Below are positions 27,843-38,083 of a DNA stretch of 64,000 nucleotides, in pieces; the first letter of the stretch is position 1; each line of letters begins with the position of its first letter. A program made the position numbers and the translations under genes. The notes beneath the pieces are model-generated. The model was not told the origin of the DNA. It ran no database searches and worked only from the letters and a program-made list of their open reading frames with translations. Source of the DNA: Candidatus Xenobia bacterium (GTDB taxonomy: Bacteria > Vulcanimicrobiota > Xenobia > Xenobiales > QWHO01); assembly GCA_045863235.1 (NCBI GenBank), contig BTUM01000037.1, positions 9,697-73,696 on the forward strand. The letters are read 5' to 3'.

Positions 27843-29117
27843 TTACGGGCCTGGTTGAGCAGGCTGCGGCCGGCGCTTGGGCACCCGGACGCCACCCACG
27901 ATGATCCGGCCCTCGGTGTCAAAGACCTGGGGGGTGCGGGGAGGTCCCTGAGCCAGCTTCTGGGACCACTCGGCCGGCGTCTGCAAGCCATAGACATAGC
28001 GACCGTAGGAGCTGGTGTAGATCAGGCCGTCTTCCCCGAAGATCGGCTTGGCGAAGGTGTTGCGATCCTGGAAGGTCCACTCATGGATTCCCTGATCGCT
28101 CAGGCACATCAAAGCTCCGCCACGGATTCCCATGATCACGCCGCCGTCCGGCCGGGCAGTCAGGTGCAAGGTGGGCCCCAACTGCTGGCTCCACAGCGGA
28201 CGGCCCTCGCGGTTGAAGGCCATGACGGTATCGCGGTCCTCTCCCCCACTCGCATAGACGTTGCCCTGGCGGTCGATGGCGGGGGTATCGTAATGCTCGA
28301 AGCCCCGCTTGTTGCCCAGGCTCTGGCTCCAGCGAACCTGCCCGGTGACTCCGTCCAGGACGTACAGCTTGTCGGCTCCAAAACTGACGGTCCCGTCCGG
28401 ACCGACCGCCACGTCCGTCTTGATGGGAGAGAACCCGTTCCCGCCGCCTTTCAGCTCCGAGAAGCGCCACTTTTCCTTGCCATCGGGCGCGAAGGCATAG
28501 ACTTCGCCGTCCTTGGTGGCCATGTGCACGGTCCCGTCCGGGCCCACCACCGGCGGACGGCTCCAGGCCGATTCCAGCGGCTTCTTCCAGAGCTCCTCTC
28601 CCTCCGGCGAAACCGCGTAGAGCGTATCGTGATCGCAGATGTAACAGTTGCCCTCGGGGCCTGAAGCGGTGCCGGTGGAGAGCGATTCGGCCGGCGAGAC
28701 CTTCTTGCTCCAGAGCAGCTCCCCGCTCGAACTGAAGGCCTGGAGCTCGCTGGTGCGAGAGACATAGACCCCGCCGTCCAGGCGGGGGGAAGGGTCGCCG
28801 CCGTAACTGACCCCCTCCTCGCCCCGAGCGGCCATCTCGCCCGACGTGTTGAGGCGCTGGAAGAACGGAGACCCACCCACCAGGGTGAGGCCGGCTCTGG
28901 TCCACACCATTTCGGTGCCGTGGCTGCCTGCATCGTGCTTCCAGATGGAAGGATTGTCCACCGTAGGCACACGACCAGACGCCAGTGCGCGGACTGCGCC
29001 CGTCAGGTCCAGCCCCGCGGAGGTGGGCTCGAAACGGTCCTGTGGCTCTTCTGACCCCGAGGCAGCCAGAGGCCGGGTCAGGGGGGGCAAGCCGATCCTG
29101 GAGCTGGAGACGAGCAT
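27843..29117 (-). CDS. PQQ-like beta-propeller protein
   Basis: Repeated P.VGPDGT.. / YA..PDG.E.W blades; disordered N-terminus; IIVGGVRVPKR tail. Confidence 0.85.
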   Translation of the reverse strand: MLVSSSRIGLPPLTRPLAASGSEEPQDRFEPTSAGLDLTGAVRALASGRVPTVDNPSIWKHDAGSHGTEMVWTRAGLTLVGGSPFFQRLNTSGEMAARGEEGVSYGGDPSPRLDGGVYVSRTSELQAFSSSGELLWSKKVSPAESLSTGTASGPEGNCYICDHDTLYAVSPEGEELWKKPLESAWSRPPVVGPDGTVHMATKDGEVYAFAPDGKEKWRFSELKGGGNGFSPIKTDVAVGPDGTVSFGADKLYVLDGVTGQVRWSQSLGNKRGFEHYDTPAIDRQGNVYASGGEDRDTVMAFNREGRPLWSQQLGPTLHLTARPDGGVIMGIRGGALMCLSDQGIHEWTFQDRNTFAKPIFGEDGLIYTSSYGRYVYGLQTPAEWSQKLAQGPPRTPQVFDTEGRIIVGGVRVPKRRPQPAQPGP

Positions 29118-29158
29118 CAACTCTCCCACCCTTTCTTCTGAATCATCATGCTCCCGAC

Positions 29159-29192
29159 AGTCTAAGAGGGTGACTTGAAAAAGGTCTGAAGT
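29159..29192 (-). promoter_or_regulatory. YTTMAG direct-repeat promoter
   Basis: ACTTCAG-ACCT-TTTTCAA-N10-TAGACT. Confidence 0.6.
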
Positions 29193-29213
29193 CCTGGAAG
29201 TCGGGCCCAGATG

Positions 29214-31448
29214 TCAAAGCTCGATGTCGTGGGCCGAGTTGCCCCGCTCGCCAAGCTGCACTTCGGTCCGGAAGCGGTGCTGCAAGACCAGGCGCAGGTA
29301 CTCGCGAACCCGGCCCGTGCGTGCGCCGGAGGGCAGGATCCTCAAGGCAAGCCCCAGGTCGGCCGGCGTCATCGAGCCCAGGGGCCGGTTCAGGAGGGGC
29401 GTGAGCTGGGCCAGCTCGAGCTTGAACTGGTAGCCCTCCAACCTGCGCCAGCAGACGATCAGCCGGCCATCAGGCACAAACCAGCAATCGAGAACCTGTC
29501 GGTTGGCCTGGCGGTTTGCCACGGTGCCCACCAGCTCGAACGTACGGGCGTTTCTCAGCTGCGATTCCCCCCAACCCACCGTGGCCAGCAGCGAGCCATC
29601 GCCGGAGAAGCAGAAGGCGCTGGCTGCCAGCTCGGCCAGCAGGCGGCCGGTGGCGAGCTCGAGGACCGTCAGTGCCCTCTCTCCCTGACAGAGCAAGCTG
29701 GCCCCATCGGGGCTGAAGGACACAGAGGAGAGCTCCCCGGTTTCAGGGTCGCACACGTGCCACTTTGCCCCGGACCAGCAGATCAATCGCCGGAGCCCGG
29801 CGCGATTGGCCTGGCCGACCGCCAGCTGGTTGCCCTCGGCCGAGATGGCCAGCGCCTCCACGAAAGGCTCGGGGAACGGGCAATCCAGGGCCAGGGTGGA
29901 GCGCTCCAGCGAGGGCAGTCTGACGACCTCCACCCGGTCGGGACATCCCAGAGCGACCCGATCCCCCGCCTCAGAGATGGCCAGGCATCCCTCCACCTCG
30001 CGAAAGATCTCCCGGTCCGATCCGGTGGCCAGATCGAGCAATCGGACCGTGTTGCCGGCAGACCAGATGACCAGCCAGCCTGACCCGAATGCCAGCTGGC
30101 GGAACTTGCGCCCGGAACCGGATCGCTCGGCGCACTGCAGTTGGTAGAGCTGCTCCTTCTTGTCCAGATCCCAGACGATGACTGCGCCGTCTGCGCCCCC
30201 GCTGGCCAGGAGCCGACCTGCGGGATGGAAGGCGAGAGCGTCCAGACGTTCTATCGCCTCGGTCCAGAAGTCCCCGGTGCGGCCGACGCACTGCAACTCC
30301 CCGGCCAGGTGGCCGAACAGGGTGCTCTGCGAGCTGTGGGCGAGATCGGTCAGGGTCAGCGCGCAAGCAGGTCCCCGGTAGACCACCTGGCCGCTGGCCG
30401 GGTGCAGCTGCAAACGGTCGGTCGCTACCGAGAGCAAGATCTGCTCGCACTGCACCACCTCTTCGAGCAGAGCCGGATCGGGACACTGCAGGCGCAGAGC
30501 TCGGTAGAGATCGGCTTCGGCCGGCTGAGAGCGCAGCGAGTCCAGTTGGCGCAAAGCCCGGGCCGACCACAGCACGGGAGCCTCCAGCACCAGTTTCCAG
30601 AGCTCGTCGGGACGATCCCTGACCAGCTCGAGCAGGGTCTCCCAGCCAGCCCCGCCTGGCAACTTCATCGGCTGCAGCACGGCCCGGGCTAGCTCGCCCG
30701 AGCCCTGACGGCGCACCTGGGCACGGATGCGCCCGGCCAGGCCAACGGGAGCCCGGGAATAGGCCAGCGCCAGCAGGCGGTGATCGGGATCGAGCTCGCG
30801 CCACCGCTCCACCTGTCCGGTCACGAACAAGAAGACGGCGCGCTCCTCGGGCTCCTCGGGAAGGGCTCCGCTCTCCACCAAGAGTCCCAGGGCTGCTTCG
30901 GGGCAGTCGTCGCGCAGGCAGACCCTGGCCAGGCGCCCGCTCCACGCCGAGCCGGTGAGGATTCTCCTGGCCCGTTCTCCCTCGGGAGCCGGTCGGTCCA
31001 GGGACCCGGCCAGGAGCAGGCAGACGGCCACGAAATCCTCTTTCTCCAGGAAGTGCTCGCCTGAAGGGATGAAAAGGCAGGAGACCACCCGCACCTCCAG
31101 CCTGCGACCGCCAGGTCGGTCGCAGCCGGCCAGGAGCGCGACCAGGTCCTGGTCGCGAGTCTGAACGAAGAGCTCCCAGTAGTCGTTGAGAATCTCCTGG
31201 CTCAGGTAGCTGGAATCGAGTATCCGGGCTACGGCTCTGGCCCGGACGGCCCGACGAGCGGGATGGTTCTCGTCCACCAGACCCATGGCCACCTCTCGGG
31301 CCGCCCCAGCGTCGCCAAAGCAAGCCCGGATGAGGACATTCTGGTCGTGCAGCCAGCCGCGCAGTCGTTCGATCAGGGTGAGCGCATGCTTCCCCCCGGC
31401 ATAAGGGGGACCCTGCGCGGACGGCGAAGGCCCCCCGATGCACCCCAA
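29214..31448 (-). CDS. WD40 repeat protein with helical N-terminal region (start uncertain)
   Basis: LAFHPAGRLLASGGADGAVIVWD, VSFSPDG, FSGDGSLLAT. Confidence 0.8.
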   Translation of the reverse strand: MGCIGGPSPSAQGPPYAGGKHALTLIERLRGWLHDQNVLIRACFGDAGAAREVAMGLVDENHPARRAVRARAVARILDSSYLSQEILNDYWELFVQTRDQDLVALLAGCDRPGGRRLEVRVVSCLFIPSGEHFLEKEDFVAVCLLLAGSLDRPAPEGERARRILTGSAWSGRLARVCLRDDCPEAALGLLVESGALPEEPEERAVFLFVTGQVERWRELDPDHRLLALAYSRAPVGLAGRIRAQVRRQGSGELARAVLQPMKLPGGAGWETLLELVRDRPDELWKLVLEAPVLWSARALRQLDSLRSQPAEADLYRALRLQCPDPALLEEVVQCEQILLSVATDRLQLHPASGQVVYRGPACALTLTDLAHSSQSTLFGHLAGELQCVGRTGDFWTEAIERLDALAFHPAGRLLASGGADGAVIVWDLDKKEQLYQLQCAERSGSGRKFRQLAFGSGWLVIWSAGNTVRLLDLATGSDREIFREVEGCLAISEAGDRVALGCPDRVEVVRLPSLERSTLALDCPFPEPFVEALAISAEGNQLAVGQANRAGLRRLICWSGAKWHVCDPETGELSSVSFSPDGASLLCQGERALTVLELATGRLLAELAASAFCFSGDGSLLATVGWGESQLRNARTFELVGTVANRQANRQVLDCWFVPDGRLIVCWRRLEGYQFKLELAQLTPLLNRPLGSMTPADLGLALRILPSGARTGRVREYLRLVLQHRFRTEVQLGERGNSAHDIEL

Positions 31449-31899
31449 TGAGGAGCTGATCCACCGTTTCTACCAGTCCTTTCGGCAGCGGGACGCCGAG
31501 GGCATGGTCGCCTGCTACCACCGTGATGTCGTCTTCTCCGACCCCGTCTTCCCCGAGTTGCGGGGGCCCTCGGCCGCCAACATGTGGCGCATGCTGTGCC
31601 AGCGCGGCAAGGACCTGGAGATCGCCTACCGCGACGTTCAGGCCGACGACCAGCAAGGGCGGGCCCACTGGGACGCCGACTACACTTTCTCGGGCACCGG
31701 TCGCAAGGTGCACAACCAGATCGATGCCACTTTCGTCTTTCAGGACGGGCTGATCCGCGAGCACCGTGATCACTTCGACCTTCATCGCTGGATGAGCATG
31801 GCACTGGGCCTGAAAGGTCGCCTGCTGGGCTGGCTTCCCCCGGTTCAGAACGCGGTGCGCAAGCAGGCTGCTACCGCTCTGCGCAAATTCAAACCATGA
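31438..31899 (+). CDS. SnoaL/NTF2-like protein
   Basis: MVACYH.DVVFSDPVF, MWRML, YTFS.TGRKVHN, HRDHFD. Confidence 0.88.
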   Translation: MHPNEELIHRFYQSFRQRDAEGMVACYHRDVVFSDPVFPELRGPSAANMWRMLCQRGKDLEIAYRDVQADDQQGRAHWDADYTFSGTGRKVHNQIDATFVFQDGLIREHRDHFDLHRWMSMALGLKGRLLGWLPPVQNAVRKQAATALRKFKP

Positions 31900-33305
31900 G
31901 TCCTCGCTGGGACGCCATCGTGGTGGGTTCGGGCCCCAATGGCCTGGCGGCGGCCATCGAGCTGGCCCGCCACCAGCGCTCGGTGCTGGTGCTGGAGGCG
32001 GCCGCCGAGCCGGGCGGCGGCATGCGCACCGCCGAACTGACCCTGCCCGGCTTCAAGCACGACGTGTGCGCCTCCATCCACCCCACCGGATTGGCCTCGC
32101 CCTTCTTCAAGCGGTTACCCCTGGACGTGGAGTGGGTGCATCCCGATGTTCCCCTGGCCCATCCCCTGGATGGCGGGCGGGCGGTGATCATGGAGCGCTC
32201 GGTCAGCCGCACGGCCGAGCGCCTGGGCCGGGACGGCCGCGCCTACCAGAGCCTGATGGCCCCCTTCGTGGCTGGCTGGGACCGCATCGACCGAGAAGCC
32301 CTGGGTCCGGTTAGCATCTTCCCCCGCGCCCCTTTTCTGATGCTGCGGCTGGCTTTTTACGGTTTGCGCTCGGCCCGGAGCCTGGTGGGTCGTTTTCAGG
32401 GCCAGGAGGCGCCCGCTTTGCTGGCCGGTCTGGCCGGCCACTCAGTGCTGCCCATGGAGTGGATGCCAAGCGCCGCCGCGGCTCTGGCCCTGGGAACCCT
32501 GGCCCACCGGGTGGGTTGGCCCATGGTGCGAGGAGGCACGGGGGCGCTGGCCCGGGCCCTGCTGGGCGTGCTGCACCAGTTGGGGGGTGAGGTGCGCTGC
32601 AACCATCCGGTGAGGAGCCTGCGCGAGCTGCCCGAGGCCCGCATCAAGTTGCTTGACCTCACCCCGCGGCAGTTCGTGGCCATGGCCGGGGATGATCTGC
32701 CCTCCAGTTGGAAGGATCGGCTGCTGAGCTTCCGCTACGGTCCGGGCGTGGTCAAGGTGGACTATGCCCTGTCGGCCCCGGTGCCCTGGACCAACCCCGA
32801 GGTAGCCCGGGCGGCCACCGTGCACCTGGGGGGCACCTTCGAGGAGATCGCCCGCTCCGAGCGGGCCTGCTGGGAGGGGCGCCACGCCGAGCGGCCCTAC
32901 GTGCTGTGCGTGCAGAACAGCCTGTTTGACGCCACCCGCTCTCCGCAGGGCAAGCATACCCTGTGGGCTTACTGCCACGTACCCAACGGCTCGCCACTGG
33001 ACGCAAGCCCCTGGATCGACGATCAGATCGAGCGCTTTGCTCCCGGCTTTCGCGAGCTGGTGCTGGCTCGCTCGGTGCTCACTCCGGATCGGCTCCAAAG
33101 CTACAACGCCAACTACGTGGGCGGTGACATCACGGGGGGGGCGCTGACCTTGCGCCAGCTCTTCACCCGTCCGGTGGTGCAGCTCGATCCCTACCGCACG
33201 CCCCTGCCGGGCGTCTTTCTCTGCTCCTCCTCCACTCCGCCGGGAGGGGGCGTGCACGGGATGTGCGGCTATCACGCCGCTCGCTCGGCCCTGGCCGGCT
33301 GGTGA
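31896..33305 (+). CDS. Phytoene dehydrogenase-like FAD oxidoreductase
   Basis: VVGSGPNGLAAA, HDVCASIHP, CSSSTPPGGGVHGMCG. Confidence 0.9.
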   Translation: MSPRWDAIVVGSGPNGLAAAIELARHQRSVLVLEAAAEPGGGMRTAELTLPGFKHDVCASIHPTGLASPFFKRLPLDVEWVHPDVPLAHPLDGGRAVIMERSVSRTAERLGRDGRAYQSLMAPFVAGWDRIDREALGPVSIFPRAPFLMLRLAFYGLRSARSLVGRFQGQEAPALLAGLAGHSVLPMEWMPSAAAALALGTLAHRVGWPMVRGGTGALARALLGVLHQLGGEVRCNHPVRSLRELPEARIKLLDLTPRQFVAMAGDDLPSSWKDRLLSFRYGPGVVKVDYALSAPVPWTNPEVARAATVHLGGTFEEIARSERACWEGRHAERPYVLCVQNSLFDATRSPQGKHTLWAYCHVPNGSPLDASPWIDDQIERFAPGFRELVLARSVLTPDRLQSYNANYVGGDITGGALTLRQLFTRPVVQLDPYRTPLPGVFLCSSSTPPGGGVHGMCGYHAARSALAGW

Positions 33306-33646
33306 TCTACCACCTGACTTCCGACCCGGCCTGCCTGGAGCCGGAGAGCCTCAAGAGCGAGGGCTTCGTGCACTGCTCGACGGCCGAGCAACTCCTGGCC
33401 ACGGCCGAGCGTTACTTCAGCCACCTCGAGGAGGTGCACGTGCTCGAGCTCGACCCGGCCAAACTTGGCGCAGAGCTGCGCTATGAGCAACCTGCCGGAC
33501 CGCTCTCGCCCAACGAGCTCTTTCCCCACCTCTACGGGCCGATCGAGGCGCGGGCCGTGGTGAGAGTCTGCCGTCTGATCCGACAGGACGGCTGCTTTAC
33601 CTGGGCGGACGGGGGTGTCCCTCGGGAGGAGGGGGCCGCCAGCTGA
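33302..33646 (+). CDS. DUF952 family protein
   Basis: IYH, EGFVHCS, FPHLYGPI; GTGA overlap. Confidence 0.88.
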   Translation: MIYHLTSDPACLEPESLKSEGFVHCSTAEQLLATAERYFSHLEEVHVLELDPAKLGAELRYEQPAGPLSPNELFPHLYGPIEARAVVRVCRLIRQDGCFTWADGGVPREEGAAS

Positions 33647-35339
33647 TGCTTTCGAATAGCATGCTGGCCTCGGGCTTCAAGGTCTCGGGCGATACATCCG
33701 GTCCAACCTGAGCGATCACCACGGCGTAGATCACCGGTGGGCCGGATGGCTCCACGCCTGGAAAGATCATCAGAGCGCCGATGGCGTCCGGGCTCTCGAG
33801 CTGATAGGTGTGCTGCTCGGGTGATACGGCGCGGACTGTCTGCCAGTTTTCGGCAAGGTCCTTCAAGATGGCGGCCGCGAAGTCGGGCATGTTCGCGTTG
33901 CGCTCGGCCAGAATGAGGATTCGTCGCTCCACACCGTCCTTCTCAACGCGAAGAAGCAGGTCGAGGTGGCTCTCATCCCGTCGCTCGTGGTCCACCTCGT
34001 AGTCGCGGGGAACGACCAGCTTGAGGGCAAAGCCTCGAAAATCGAGGCTCCGCACCGAGCCGGACAGAGCGGGAAAGCGGGGAGGCTCGGGCGGTGCACT
34101 CACCGCGGCGGGCTCGGGCGCGGCAAGCAGGCGGGGGCGAGCGCGTGGGTAGGTCACGGGAGCGGGCGTGGCCCGCAGAATCGGCCGCGGCCTGGGTCGA
34201 GGACGGGCCACCGGCTGAAGCGGCGGAGGGGGCGGCGGGGCTGCCGGGGGCGGCGGAGCGGGAGGCACTGGCAGGTCGACCGGCTCCACCTCGGGCTGGG
34301 CCGGTGGGAGCATTGCCACGGTGGAGGGTGTGCTGCTCGATACGGGAGCGACCATGGCGCTGGGAGCCACCGCCGGCGCCGTGGTCATTCCCCGCCCGAT
34401 CCACAGGCCAACCAGCAGGGTGCCCAGCAAGGCCATGGCCACCAGAGCCGGCTGCGCGCGCGAGGGGGTCGGCGCCGGGTCGGTCCGGACCACCGGGGCA
34501 CCCGCAGTGGTGACGGAGAACGAGCGACGCCCGGCCAGCCAGTCCGCCAACGCCTGGCGCATCTCGCGGGCGCTGGCAAAGCGTTCGTGAGGAAGAATGG
34601 CGCTGGCCCGGTCGACGATGGCTACCAGGGCGGGATCCTGTCCGGGGTCGGTGACCCCCAGTGAGGTCACCTCCAGTGGCACCGGCTCGCGGTTGGTCAG
34701 GAGGTGGTGCATGGTCACCCCCAGAGCGTAGAGGTCCGAGCGCGGCTCGGAGCGCCCCTGAATCTGCTCCAGGGGCGAATAGCCCAGCGTGCCAACGGCC
34801 GTCTGGGTGCGCGTCCCGCCCACGACGCGGGCCAGCCCGAAATCTACCAGCATGATCTTGCCCGTCTTGAACTCGCGGATCAGATTGGCCGGCTTGATGT
34901 CGCGGTGGACCACGGGAGGATCGAGCTCGTGCAGGTAGATCAGGGCGTCGAGCACTTGCAGGATGTCTCTCACCAGCACTTCGGGAGCAAAGGGTTGGCC
35001 GGTGAGTTGCATGGAGTCCTCGAGTTGCTGCTGCAAGTTGGCCCCGTGGATGTAATCCATCACGATGTAGCAGAGCCTGTTCTCGCGGAAAAAGTCGCGC
35101 ACAGCCGGGATAGCCGGGTGCTTGAGGCGGGCGAGCAAGGCCTTCTCTTCCTCGAACTTGCGTTGGATCAGCTCGGCGTCGTCGGTGCCGAGCAACTCCT
35201 CGAGCATCTCCTTGACGGCGCAGGCAGCGCCGTCAAGATGGCCGTCGCGGGCCTCATAAACCGCGCCCATCCCGCCGCTGGTGAGCACCCGGACGATGGT
35301 ATAGCGATCACGGAGGAGCTGACCGGGTACCAGCGGCAT
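33597..35339 (-). CDS. Membrane Ser/Thr kinase with Pro-rich linker and extracytoplasmic domain
   Basis: GGMGAVY, HRDIKPAN, DFG, GTLGYSPLEQ, one TM. Confidence 0.92.
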   Translation of the reverse strand: MPLVPGQLLRDRYTIVRVLTSGGMGAVYEARDGHLDGAACAVKEMLEELLGTDDAELIQRKFEEEKALLARLKHPAIPAVRDFFRENRLCYIVMDYIHGANLQQQLEDSMQLTGQPFAPEVLVRDILQVLDALIYLHELDPPVVHRDIKPANLIREFKTGKIMLVDFGLARVVGGTRTQTAVGTLGYSPLEQIQGRSEPRSDLYALGVTMHHLLTNREPVPLEVTSLGVTDPGQDPALVAIVDRASAILPHERFASAREMRQALADWLAGRRSFSVTTAGAPVVRTDPAPTPSRAQPALVAMALLGTLLVGLWIGRGMTTAPAVAPSAMVAPVSSSTPSTVAMLPPAQPEVEPVDLPVPPAPPPPAAPPPPPPLQPVARPRPRPRPILRATPAPVTYPRARPRLLAAPEPAAVSAPPEPPRFPALSGSVRSLDFRGFALKLVVPRDYEVDHERRDESHLDLLLRVEKDGVERRILILAERNANMPDFAAAILKDLAENWQTVRAVSPEQHTYQLESPDAIGALMIFPGVEPSGPPVIYAVVIAQVGPDVSPETLKPEASMLFESISWRPPPPEGHPRPPR

Positions 35340-35413
35340 GGGGGGATCTTCGAGTCTGCGGGCGACTCCCCCTCGGCCCGAAGGTTTTGCCCTACACGGC
35401 GCGTGCCGAGACT

Positions 35414-35444
35414 TCTATACTCCCGCGCGTTGCGGGAGTATAGA
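35414..35444. repeat. Perfect 13-bp inverted repeat carrying two TATACT hexamers
   Basis: TCTATACTCCCGC-N5-GCGGGAGTATAGA. Confidence 0.85.
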
Positions 35445-35508
35445 CAATCTGTTGAACGGCGCCCCGCCAACTCCTGAAGTGTTCAACGCGCGGCGCCTTA
35501 TCAGCGGA

Positions 35509-36075
35509 TCAGCGCTCTTCCCAGAGGCGAAGCCGCGCCTCCAGGTCGCGAATTCGAGCCTGGGCATTCAAGCGCGACTCGGTTTCATTCTCGGCCCTGA
35601 GCTCGGCGTCGTCGAGGCGCTTTTGCAGGTCGGCCTCGCGCTCGCGGGACTCCTTGAGCAGGCGCCGGGTCATCTCCAACTGCCCTTCGGTCCAGCCCAG
35701 GCGCAGGATGATCTCCTCATGGCGCGAGAGGGGCACCACCCCCAACCCGATAGCCTCGCGCTTGACGCGGTCCTGGGTGACCGGGTCGAAGGTCTCCTCC
35801 GAGCGGGTGCGCTGAGGCTCAAGCGAGCTGACCACCGACAGCTTTCCCCCTTCCACCGAGCGCAACCCTCCCGTGGCCACGATCTCGGCCACCCTCGCCC
35901 GCTTGCGACGGGCGAAGTTCTTCACCTCGGCCTGGGGGATCAAGATGGCTCCGTTGGGCGACTTTCGATGGCCCACCCGGCCCTGGCTCACGTAGCGTTG
36001 CACCGAGCGGGGGCTCTTGCCGATGGCTCGGGCAAACTCGACAATAGAAAGATACTCGATGGTCTCAGGAAGCAT
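35509..36075 (-). CDS. MerR/excisionase-like HTH plus coiled-coil protein
   Basis: YLSIVEFARAIGKSPRSVQRYV..G; C-terminal coiled coil; the longer track ORF overlaps the redoxin gene. Confidence 0.75.
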   Translation of the reverse strand: MLPETIEYLSIVEFARAIGKSPRSVQRYVSQGRVGHRKSPNGAILIPQAEVKNFARRKRARVAEIVATGGLRSVEGGKLSVVSSLEPQRTRSEETFDPVTQDRVKREAIGLGVVPLSRHEEIILRLGWTEGQLEMTRRLLKESREREADLQKRLDDAELRAENETESRLNAQARIRDLEARLRLWEER

Positions 36076-36110
36076 CGAATGAATGTTCCTCAAACCGGGA
36101 TGAAAATCCT

Positions 36111-36647
36111 TCAGCGGATGACCTTGCAGCCCTGCCACTCGGAATGGTTGGGGGTGACCTCCTGGCCAGCCAGCAGTTGCTGCAAAGCCTTGCGGGCCAG
36201 CCCCTCCTCCTTGTCGCCGAAGCGGCCCAGGTAGCGCAGGCGACCCTGGGCGTCCACGATCAGAGTGGTCGTTGTGGTGTTGATCTTGTAGTTCTCGACG
36301 ACTTTGCCGTGCTTGTCCAGGAAGACCGGAAACTTGAGCGAGTTGCGGTCCAGGGTGCGCTGGATGGACTCGGCGGTGTCCGGCCTGTTGGCATCCAGAG
36401 CCAGCACCACGGCCTTGCCGCGCATCTCCTCGGCCAGGCGGTCGATCTCGGCTTCCACCTCGCGGCAGCTGGGGCAGGTGGCGCACCAGACCACCATCAC
36501 CAGCGGCTTACCGGGAGAGAGCTGGCGCAGGGTGCGGGCTTCGCCCTGCGGAGTGTAGAGGGTGAAGTTGGGCACCGGCTGGCCCACGGGCGAGGCGGCC
36601 CAGGCCAGGCCGCAGAGCAATCCAAGCATCGTCAATGTTCTTCGCAT
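36111..36647 (-). CDS. Exported redoxin/TlpA-like thioredoxin
   Basis: Signal peptide, VGQPVPNFTL, CPSC, G.LRY.G, terminal GC. Confidence 0.85.
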   Translation of the reverse strand: MRRTLTMLGLLCGLAWAASPVGQPVPNFTLYTPQGEARTLRQLSPGKPLVMVVWCATCPSCREVEAEIDRLAEEMRGKAVVLALDANRPDTAESIQRTLDRNSLKFPVFLDKHGKVVENYKINTTTTTLIVDAQGRLRYLGRFGDKEEGLARKALQQLLAGQEVTPNHSEWQGCKVIR

Positions 36648-36702
36648 GGGGGCCGCAGGTTCTGCGCAGGGGAAGCCCGTCCCTGCACGAATCGAGCCGC
36701 TC

Positions 36703-38082
36703 ATGAAAGTGAGAGAACTCGAGAATCTAGGCGTTCACGGCAAGAAGGCCATCAAGGCAGCTCTGGATCTGCTTCCCAAAGCTCGCCTCAAGCACTCCGA
36801 GCTGCGCGACAAGATCGGCTCACTGGTGCACGATCCCTCGGCCTATCTCGACGACCCGGTGTTCGGCGAGCTGGCCAGAGCCGTGCTGGCTGGCGACGAG
36901 GGCTTCCAGGAGCGGGCTCAGCGAGCTCCCTGGAAGCAGTGGGGCAAGGATCTCGATCCGGCGTCGATCGAGCAGATGGTGCAGGCAACGCGCCTGCCCG
37001 TGGCCGTGGCCGGAGCCCTGATGCCCGACGCCCACGTGGGCTACGGCCTGCCCATCGGCGGGGTGCTGGCCACGGACCGATCCGTCATCCCCTATGCCGT
37101 GGGCGTCGACATCGCCTGTCGCATGCGCTTGTCGGTGCTCGATCTGCCCGTGGAGGCGCTGGAGAAGGACCGCAGCCGCCTCATTCGGGCCCTCGAGAAC
37201 GAGACCCGCTTCGGGGTGGGCGCCGAGTTCAAGAAGCCGCGCGAGCATCCCGTGATGCAGGAAGATTGGACGGTCACGCCCCTGACCCACAAGCTCAAGC
37301 GCAAGGCTCACAACCAGCTGGGCACCAGCGGCTCGGGCAACCACTTCGTCGAGTACGGCATCCTGACGCTGGATCATCCCGATCTGGGCCTGACGCCGGG
37401 CAAGTACCTGGCGCTCTTGTCTCACAGCGGCAGCCGCGGCTCGGGAGCCGAGGTGGCCGCCTTCTACTCCAAGCTGGCCAAAGATTTGCATCCCGAGCTG
37501 CCGCCCGAGCTGGCCCGCCTGGCATGGCTTGATCTCGACGACGAGTCGGGCCAGGAGTACTGGGCTGCCATGGAGCTCATGGGCAAATACGCCGCCGCCA
37601 ACCACGAGGTGATCCACCGCGAGATCGCCCGGGCTCTGGGCGTGCGGGCTCTGGCCAGCATCGAGAACCACCACAATTTCGCCTGGAAAGAAGAGCACCA
37701 CGGCAAGCTCGTGGTCGTGCACCGCAAGGGAGCCACCCCGGCCGGCAAAGGCGTGCTGGGCGTGATCCCCGGCTCGATGGCATCCCCCGCTTTCGTGGTG
37801 CGCGGCAAGGGCAACAAAGAGTCGCTCTTGTCGGCCTCGCACGGTGCCGGGCGGGTGATGTCGCGCACCCAGGCCCTCAAGACCTTCAACTGGAAGGACG
37901 TGCAGCGTTACCTGGACGAGAAGGGCGTCACGCTGATCTCGGCCGGGCTCGACGAGGTGCCCATGGTCTACAAGGACATCCACGAGGTGATGGCCAGCCA
38001 GGAAGACCTGGTGGAGCGGGTCGCTCGCTTTCAGCCCAAGCTGGTCAAGATGGCCCCCGCCGGCGAGCGACCTGAGGATTAG
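36703..38082 (+). CDS. rtcB: RNA ligase RtcB
   Basis: MPDAH.GYGLPIGG, VGVDIAC, GSGNHFVE, HSGSRG, HRKGAT, PGSM, SHGAGR. Confidence 0.94.
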   Translation: MKVRELENLGVHGKKAIKAALDLLPKARLKHSELRDKIGSLVHDPSAYLDDPVFGELARAVLAGDEGFQERAQRAPWKQWGKDLDPASIEQMVQATRLPVAVAGALMPDAHVGYGLPIGGVLATDRSVIPYAVGVDIACRMRLSVLDLPVEALEKDRSRLIRALENETRFGVGAEFKKPREHPVMQEDWTVTPLTHKLKRKAHNQLGTSGSGNHFVEYGILTLDHPDLGLTPGKYLALLSHSGSRGSGAEVAAFYSKLAKDLHPELPPELARLAWLDLDDESGQEYWAAMELMGKYAAANHEVIHREIARALGVRALASIENHHNFAWKEEHHGKLVVVHRKGATPAGKGVLGVIPGSMASPAFVVRGKGNKESLLSASHGAGRVMSRTQALKTFNWKDVQRYLDEKGVTLISAGLDEVPMVYKDIHEVMASQEDLVERVARFQPKLVKMAPAGERPED

Positions 38083-38083
38083 G

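Noticed and set aside
31373..31390. Possible frameshift at the WD40 start (G-rich RBS then ATG CGC TCA CCC TGA)
   Set aside because: Cannot be distinguished from an alternative in-frame start without homologues
36076..36110. TTTTCAT-N4-GTTTGAG before the HTH gene as another regulon site
   Set aside because: No YAnnnT at the 10-nt spacing
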